Positions 26,624 through 32,000 of a stretch of 32,000 bases of DNA are shown piece after piece. Origin of the DNA: Candidatus Saccharimonadota bacterium (GTDB lineage: Archaea > Nanobdellota > Nanobdellia > Pacearchaeales > GW2011-AR1); assembly GCA_017609205.1 (NCBI GenBank), contig JAFCEL010000001.1:420001-452000 (forward strand). Direction: 5' to 3'. The position numbers and the translations under genes are program-made. The notes under the pieces are model-generated. The model had not been told where the DNA came from. It saw only the letters and a list, made by a program, of their open reading frames with translations, and ran no database searches. Every line of letters begins with the position of its first letter. The first letter of the stretch is position 1.

Positions 26624-26678
26624 AAACATATTTAAACTGTGTTTAATATTTTAATAAAAAGAAGGATTGATTTATAGA

Positions 26679-28025
26679 ATGAAGATACATACAATTGGAG
26701 GTTATAACGAGGTTGGGAAAAATATGACAATAGTTGAAATTGATGATGATGCTATTGTTTTGGATTCTGGATTTTTCATGCCTGCGATTGTTGAGATGCA
26801 GGAGGAAGAGAACCAAAAACATCAGGAATATTCTGAAAAAAAGTTAAGGGCAAATGGAGCACTTCCTGACGATATTCTTGTAGAAAAACTTGGATTGAGA
26901 AGTAAGGTAAGAGCAATACTCCTTGGGCATGCACATCTTGACCATATTGGAGCAATTCCTTACACTTCTTATCGCTATAATGCTCCTGTTGTCGGAACGC
27001 CGTTTACAATTTCTGTTCTTAAAAAAATAATGGATGATGCGAAAATTAGGATCCCAAATAGGGTTTTATCTGTAAATCCTAACTCTTCTTTTATTATCAA
27101 GGGAAAGAAGAGGTCTTATAAGGCAGAATTTGTGAATATTACTCACTCAACACCTCAAACTTCAATGATTGCTATTCATACCCCAGAAGGGATTGTGCTT
27201 TATGCAAATGATTTTAAGATTGATAATACTCCTGTTCTTGGACTTCCTCCGAATTATACTGCATTAAAGAAAATTGCAAAGCAAGGGGTAAAGGTGATGA
27301 TAGTGGATTCTCTTTATTCAGGCGATAATAGAAAAACACCTTCAGAAAAAGTTGCAAGGGCATTAGTTGAGGAGGTTTTGTTAACAATTAAGAATGAGAA
27401 AAATGCTGTTTTTGTTTCAACTTTTTCATCGCATATAGCAAGGATAAAGAGTATAGTAGATTTTTCAAAAAAACTTGGAAGAGATGTTTATGTTATTGGA
27501 AGGAGTATGAACAAATATATATCTTCTGCAAATGAGGTTGGCATCTGTCCTTTTAAGAAAGATATCCAACTTGGAAGTTACAAGAAGAGGGTGGAGTCTA
27601 TTCTTAGGAAGGTTAGCAAAAACAGGCAGAATTCTCTTGTTATATGCACAGGTCACCAAGGAGAACCAGGAAGCATTCTTGATAGATTATCAAGGAAGAA
27701 GTTACCTTTTGAGTTTAAGCAAGGAGATAATGTTATTTTTTCTTCAAAGACAATCCCTGTTCCAGTAAATATTGCAAATAAAGAGAATCTTGATAAGAGA
27801 TTGAAGAAATCTGGGGTTAGAATCTTTGATGATGTTCATGTTTCTGGGCATGGAGGAAGAGAGGATTTGAGAGATATAATTTCAATTATAAATCCTGAGC
27901 ATATAATACCTTCTCATGGGTCTACACAGCAGTTAACACCTTTGCTTGAACTTGCAAAAGAAATGGGTTATCGTGCAGGAACAAATTGCCATCTTCTTCA
28001 TGATGGTCAATCTATAAAATTATAG
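26679..28025 (+). CDS. rnj: Archaeal RNase J (metallo-beta-lactamase / beta-CASP 5'-3' exoribonuclease)
   Basis: MKIHTIGGYNEVGKNMT is the typical aRNase J start. It carries the HxHxDH motif (GHAHLDHIG) and the late motifs VHVSGHG and IPSHG. The ORF track starts at TTG 26667; ATG 26679 is preferred. Confidence 0.88.
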   Translation: MKIHTIGGYNEVGKNMTIVEIDDDAIVLDSGFFMPAIVEMQEEENQKHQEYSEKKLRANGALPDDILVEKLGLRSKVRAILLGHAHLDHIGAIPYTSYRYNAPVVGTPFTISVLKKIMDDAKIRIPNRVLSVNPNSSFIIKGKKRSYKAEFVNITHSTPQTSMIAIHTPEGIVLYANDFKIDNTPVLGLPPNYTALKKIAKQGVKVMIVDSLYSGDNRKTPSEKVARALVEEVLLTIKNEKNAVFVSTFSSHIARIKSIVDFSKKLGRDVYVIGRSMNKYISSANEVGICPFKKDIQLGSYKKRVESILRKVSKNRQNSLVICTGHQGEPGSILDRLSRKKLPFEFKQGDNVIFSSKTIPVPVNIANKENLDKRLKKSGVRIFDDVHVSGHGGREDLRDIISIINPEHIIPSHGSTQQLTPLLELAKEMGYRAGTNCHLLHDGQSIKL

Positions 28026-28029
28026 TAAA

Positions 28030-28560
28030 ATGTATAGGCCAGCTGAGGATTCTTATTTGATGTCAAGTATTTTAAAAAAGGAAATACCAAAATTATTAGA
28101 CAAGAATTTTGATTTGAAAGTGTTGGAGATAGGGGCAGGTTCTGGGGTTAATCTTAGGGTATTATCTGATTTAGGTGTCAAAAAAGAGAATATTTATTCT
28201 TGTGATATCGCCCCTGATGCTGTTAATCATTGCAGAGATCTTGGATTCAATTGCATAAAATCTGATCTGTTTGAAAAAATAACTAAAAAGTTTGATGTGA
28301 TAATTTTTAACCCTCCTTATCTCCCTGAAGATAAGGCAGAGCCAGAGGATTCTAAGGTTGCAACAACTGGTGGAGAAAAGGGAGGTGAAGTTATTAATAG
28401 GTTTTTAAGGCAGGCAAGGAATCACTTAGTTATTAATGGAAGGATTTTTTTGATTACAAGTTCCTTGACTAAGGGAATTAATTGGTTGGATTATGAGAAG
28501 AGTATATTGGCAAGGAAGAAATTATTTTTTGAAGAGCTTTATGTTTGGAGGCTTAAATAG
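28030..28560 (+). CDS. HemK/Mtq2-like N5-glutamine methyltransferase (putative release-factor methylase)
   Basis: 176 aa. YRPAEDSYLM is an Mtq2-type N-terminus. Motif I is VLEIGAGSG and the catalytic motif is NPPY (IIFNPPYLP). Confidence 0.8.
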   Translation: MYRPAEDSYLMSSILKKEIPKLLDKNFDLKVLEIGAGSGVNLRVLSDLGVKKENIYSCDIAPDAVNHCRDLGFNCIKSDLFEKITKKFDVIIFNPPYLPEDKAEPEDSKVATTGGEKGGEVINRFLRQARNHLVINGRIFLITSSLTKGINWLDYEKSILARKKLFFEELYVWRLK

Positions 28561-28597
28561 AACCTCTTCTTAAAATTTTATACTTCATTATAATCAA

Positions 28598-28606
28598 TTT
28601 TATATA
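28598..28606 (+). promoter_or_regulatory. Putative TATA box for mre11-rad50 (leaderless spacing)
   Basis: TTTTATATA is centred about 26 nt upstream of the mre11 ATG (28628). Confidence 0.4.
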
Positions 28607-28627
28607 CCAAGTCCTTTTTGAATTTCT

Positions 28628-29788
28628 ATGGTTAGCTTTGCACACATTTCTGATGTTCATTTAGGAGGATGGAAGCAGCAGCCAATGCAAGATTTGAATT
28701 TTAAATCATTTGAGAAAGCAATAAGCATCTGCATTGAAAAAAAACTTGATTTTGTTATTATCGTCGGAGATTTGTTTGATTCTGCTTATCCTCCGATAGA
28801 GATTCTTAAAAAAGCATTTGGGGTTTTTAGGAAGCTTAGTGAAGCAGGAATCCCTTGTTTCTTAATTGCTGGCTCTCATGATTATTCTGTTTCAGGAAAA
28901 ACTTTTTTAGATGTTCTGGAAGAGGCAGGATTTTGCAAGAATATTTTTGATTGTGAGGATAAGGAGGAGAAAATAATCTTAAATCCTTTTATATACAAAA
29001 ATGTGGCATTGTATGGGTATCCTGGAAAGAAATCTGGATTGGAGATTAATGATTTAAGGAGGATAAAACTGAATGATTCACCTGGAATGTTTAAGGTTCT
29101 TATGCTTCATACAACAATTGATAAGGCAAAGGGAACACTTCCTATTGACGCTATTGAAACAGAAAAACTTCCAAGAGCAGATTATTATGCTTTAGGGCAT
29201 TTACATATTGATTTTCAATATCAGAATTTTGTTTATCCTGGACCAATATTTCCGAATAATTTCCAGGAGTTAGAAGATTTGAACTATGGGAGTTTTTATA
29301 TTATAGACACTGATTCTACGAATCTTCTTCAAAAAATAGAACTCAGAATAAAAGATGTTTGTTCTTTCTCTTTTGATATAAAAAATGCAATGACAGCTAC
29401 AGAGAAAATAATCTCTGAGCTTGAACTTTCGGATATAACAGATAAAATTGTTTTATTGAGGCTAGAGGGCGATCTAGAAAATAGTAAGCAGTCAGATATA
29501 AAATTTCAAAAGATAGAGGAATTCGCAAAAAACAGGGGGGCATATTTTGTTTTGAAGAATACTCATAATTTAAAGACAAAAGAGGTTGCATTGGATATTG
29601 AAGTTGGAGATTCTGAGAATGTAGAAGAGGAAACAATAAAAAAGTATTCTGAGGATAATCCATCAGATTTTAATTCATTTATTCCTCAGTTGTTAAATTC
29701 GATGTCTTTGGAAAAGCAAGAGGACGAAAAAACAGATGATTTTGCGAAAAGAGTTTTAGATGAGGCAAGGAGGGTTTTGAAATTTTAA
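28628..29788 (+). CDS. mre11: DNA double-strand break repair nuclease Mre11
   Basis: 386 aa. The phosphoesterase motifs are HISDVHLG, GDLFD, GSHD, LMLHT and GHLH. It is immediately followed by rad50. Confidence 0.9.
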   Translation: MVSFAHISDVHLGGWKQQPMQDLNFKSFEKAISICIEKKLDFVIIVGDLFDSAYPPIEILKKAFGVFRKLSEAGIPCFLIAGSHDYSVSGKTFLDVLEEAGFCKNIFDCEDKEEKIILNPFIYKNVALYGYPGKKSGLEINDLRRIKLNDSPGMFKVLMLHTTIDKAKGTLPIDAIETEKLPRADYYALGHLHIDFQYQNFVYPGPIFPNNFQELEDLNYGSFYIIDTDSTNLLQKIELRIKDVCSFSFDIKNAMTATEKIISELELSDITDKIVLLRLEGDLENSKQSDIKFQKIEEFAKNRGAYFVLKNTHNLKTKEVALDIEVGDSENVEEETIKKYSEDNPSDFNSFIPQLLNSMSLEKQEDEKTDDFAKRVLDEARRVLKF

Positions 29789-31852
29789 ATGAAAATAAAA
29801 AAGATACATCTAAAGAACATAAGAAGTTATGAAGATAATCTAATAGAATTTCCTGAGGGTTCTATACTTCTATCAGGGGATATTGGCTCAGGAAAAACCT
29901 CGATACTTCTTGGTATAGAGTTTGCATTATTTGGATTACAGCCAGGACAAAGAGGACATGCCCTTTTAAAAAACGGAAAATCCCAGGGAGGGGTTATGAT
30001 AGAGATTGAAATCGATGGAAAAGAAGTAGTTATTGAGAGGACGCTCAAGAGAGGAAAAACTGTTAATCAGGATTTTTGTTCTATAATTATCGACGGAGTT
30101 AAAAAAGAGATTTCTGTTTCAGAATTAAAAGATAATATTTTATCTCTGCTCAATTATCCAAAAGAATTCGCGAAGAAACAAAATCTTCTCTATAAATTTA
30201 CAGTTTATACTCCTCAGGAGGAAATGAAACAAATAATTCTTCAAGATTCACAAACCAGATTAAACACTCTAAGACATGTTTTTGGAATTGACAAATATAA
30301 AAGAATTCTTGAGAATGTTTCTCTTGTTGTAACAAAAATAAGAGAAGATAAGAGATTAAATGAAGGGATGGTGCTAAATCTCGAAGAAGATAAAAGGAAT
30401 CTCTCTGAGAAAAATCACAATCTTTCTGAGAAGAAGAAGTTTTTATTGGTTTTGGAGGAAGATTTGGATTCAAAGAGACAAAAAAGAAATTCCATTCAAC
30501 TTGAGAATGAGGCTATTTCAAAAAAGATAGAAGAGAAAAATAGGTTGCAGCAGGAGATTGAAAAAGCCAAAATAAGGCTTTTAAATAAGAAAGAAACAAT
30601 CCAAAATAATAATTCTCTTATTCTAACTCTAAGCGAGGAACTGAAAAAATTAAAACAAGTTTCTTTTGACGAATCTAAAATAAAATCTCTTGAAGGAGAA
30701 ATTTCTGCAATCAAAAAAGAGAAGAATGAACTCTCCGACGAAATTCTTAAAATTTCTTCTCAGATATCTTCTCTTACATTCAAGAACGAGGATAATTTTA
30801 GTTTGGAAAGGAAGATGTCTAACCTTGAGATTTGCCCTACTTGTTTGCAAAATGTAGATGCTATTTATAGAGCAAATATCCTCAATAAGATTCGTTCAGA
30901 GGTAGCGGAAAATAATAAGAATATCCAAGAATTTGAAAAATCAAAACAAATTCTTCTTGAGAAAATTAAGAAGTTGGATCTTGAAATTTCTGAGAAAGAA
31001 AAACAGCTTCAGGAATTAAGAATTATTAAGAGTCGCTTAAGTGAGATAAATGAAAAGGAGAACCGGATAGTTTCATTAAGAAAGAATATTGTTTTACTTG
31101 AAGAAGATGTAAGAATCTTATCTGAACAGATCCATTCATTAAAGCAGTCTGTTTTTGAGTTGGAGAAGTTTGATAATTTATTCAGTATAAAACAGAAAGA
31201 ATTGAATGATGCCCTGAGTGATGAGAAAAGGGCTGAGATAAAACTTGCAGAATCAAAGAAGGAAATAGAGTTTTTGATTTCTTCTATTGATGAGTTGAAA
31301 AAAAGAATCCAACATGCAGAGGAAATTCAGAATCGGCTTAAATATCTTAGAGAACTTGAAAATTGGCTTACTCAAAAATTTATTCCTGTAGTTTCAATAA
31401 TTGAAAAAAATGTGATGATTAAACTAAAATCTGATTTTTCGAGATTATTTGAGGAGTGGTTTAATATGCTTGTTTCAGATTCTTTTCTTGTTAGACTCAG
31501 CGATGATTTCACTCCTATTATTGAGCAGCAGGACTATGAGATTGATTATGCTTATCTTTCTGGAGGAGAGAGAACAGCAGTTGCTCTGGCTTATCGCCTT
31601 GCATTGAATCAGGTTATTAATTCTATGATGAGCAAGATAAAAACAAAAGATATTGTTATTCTCGACGAGCCTACAGATGGATTTTCAGAACAGCAGTTGG
31701 ATAAGATGAGGGATGTTCTTCAGCAATTGAATGTTAGGCAATTGATAATAGTAAGTCATGAGCGGAAAATAGAAGAATTTGTCGAGAATGTAATTAGGAT
31801 AAGAAAGAAGAATCATATAAGTGAAGCAGATCAAAACCCAAAAACTTTTTAA
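29789..31852 (+). CDS. rad50: DNA double-strand break repair ATPase Rad50 (short coiled coil)
   Basis: 687 aa. It has Walker A GDIGSGKTS, the zinc-hook CPTC (30833-30844) in mid coiled coil, the signature LSGGERTAVALA, Walker B/D-loop IVILDEPTDG and the H-loop VSHE. The ATG directly abuts the mre11 stop. Confidence 0.92.
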   Translation: MKIKKIHLKNIRSYEDNLIEFPEGSILLSGDIGSGKTSILLGIEFALFGLQPGQRGHALLKNGKSQGGVMIEIEIDGKEVVIERTLKRGKTVNQDFCSIIIDGVKKEISVSELKDNILSLLNYPKEFAKKQNLLYKFTVYTPQEEMKQIILQDSQTRLNTLRHVFGIDKYKRILENVSLVVTKIREDKRLNEGMVLNLEEDKRNLSEKNHNLSEKKKFLLVLEEDLDSKRQKRNSIQLENEAISKKIEEKNRLQQEIEKAKIRLLNKKETIQNNNSLILTLSEELKKLKQVSFDESKIKSLEGEISAIKKEKNELSDEILKISSQISSLTFKNEDNFSLERKMSNLEICPTCLQNVDAIYRANILNKIRSEVAENNKNIQEFEKSKQILLEKIKKLDLEISEKEKQLQELRIIKSRLSEINEKENRIVSLRKNIVLLEEDVRILSEQIHSLKQSVFELEKFDNLFSIKQKELNDALSDEKRAEIKLAESKKEIEFLISSIDELKKRIQHAEEIQNRLKYLRELENWLTQKFIPVVSIIEKNVMIKLKSDFSRLFEEWFNMLVSDSFLVRLSDDFTPIIEQQDYEIDYAYLSGGERTAVALAYRLALNQVINSMMSKIKTKDIVILDEPTDGFSEQQLDKMRDVLQQLNVRQLIIVSHERKIEEFVENVIRIRKKNHISEADQNPKTF

Positions 31853-31915
31853 TATTTGGATTGTGGTTTTTTGTGAGGTGGTGGTTTGAAATCGCCTTAA
31901 GATTTCTTAGATAAA

Positions 31916-32000
31916 ATGCCTGTGGATATTAGAACAAGAAAGTTGGCACAACTTGCAGTAAGGTATTCTGTATTTGTAAAACCAGGAGAGAGAGTAATAA
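31916..32000 (+). CDS. M29-family (AmpS/PepS-like) aminopeptidase, N-terminal fragment running off the window end
   Basis: MPVDIRTRKLAQLAVRYSVFVKPGERVI resembles the N-terminus of thermophilic-metalloprotease M29 aminopeptidases (...LA.L.V.YS..VK.G..V.I). Only 28 codons are visible. Confidence 0.45.
   Translation, partial: MPVDIRTRKLAQLAVRYSVFVKPGERVI

Overview
This is a visibly AT-rich, very compact archaeal chromosome segment with almost no intergenic DNA, many 1-nt gaps or overlaps between genes, and much more GC-rich rRNA. It is nearly all core informational and central-metabolic genes. By inference it fits a small-genome DPANN-type archaeon (Woese-/Pacearchaeota-like). The supports are archaeal r-proteins eL31/eL39/eS19/uS2, RpoK, the exosome superoperon, proteasome alpha, aRNase J, Mre11-Rad50, form III RuBisCO and a divergent 16S.

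Layout:
- Cbf5 fragment, GlmS, and an AlkD-like repair protein.
- eS19-eL39-(90 aa)-eL31 operon.
- YhbY plus NFACT-R mini-proteins.
- Two tandem AdoMetDC-fold paralogs.
- A minus-strand run: small membrane protein, pilin-like protein, CysRS, Cys-rich miniprotein, RuBisCO, Nudix.
- tRNA-Phe and RNase P RNA.
- CadD-like membrane protein, minimal Hsp20, a very basic protein, and a SAM methyltransferase.
- A 16S-tRNA(Ala)-23S operon on the minus strand with no linked 5S.
- A secreted Cys-rich protein and a stand-alone LigD-type 3'-phosphoesterase.
- uS2, enolase, RpoK, then the Pop5-PsmA-SBDS-Rrp4-Rrp41-Rrp42 superoperon.
- A 91-aa ORF, RNase J, an Mtq2-like methylase, Mre11, Rad50, and an M29 aminopeptidase fragment.

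I found no CRISPR array, transposase or integrase, defence island, or rRNA/tRNA intron. I cannot honestly point to a self-contained novel system. The most interesting signals are:
- Three unassignable mini-ORFs inserted codon-tight into otherwise universally conserved operons. One sits in the RpoN slot and has an RpoN-like CC motif.
- An 8-Cys, 48-aa gene placed 1 nt after cysS and directly upstream of RuBisCO-Nudix.
- Substitutions in the normally invariant 16S decoding-centre strands.
- Long Lys/Glu-rich tails on eL31, RpoK and possibly uS2.
- A tandem pair of canonical and divergent AdoMetDC-fold genes.

All family assignments come from motif recognition by eye. No searches were run.
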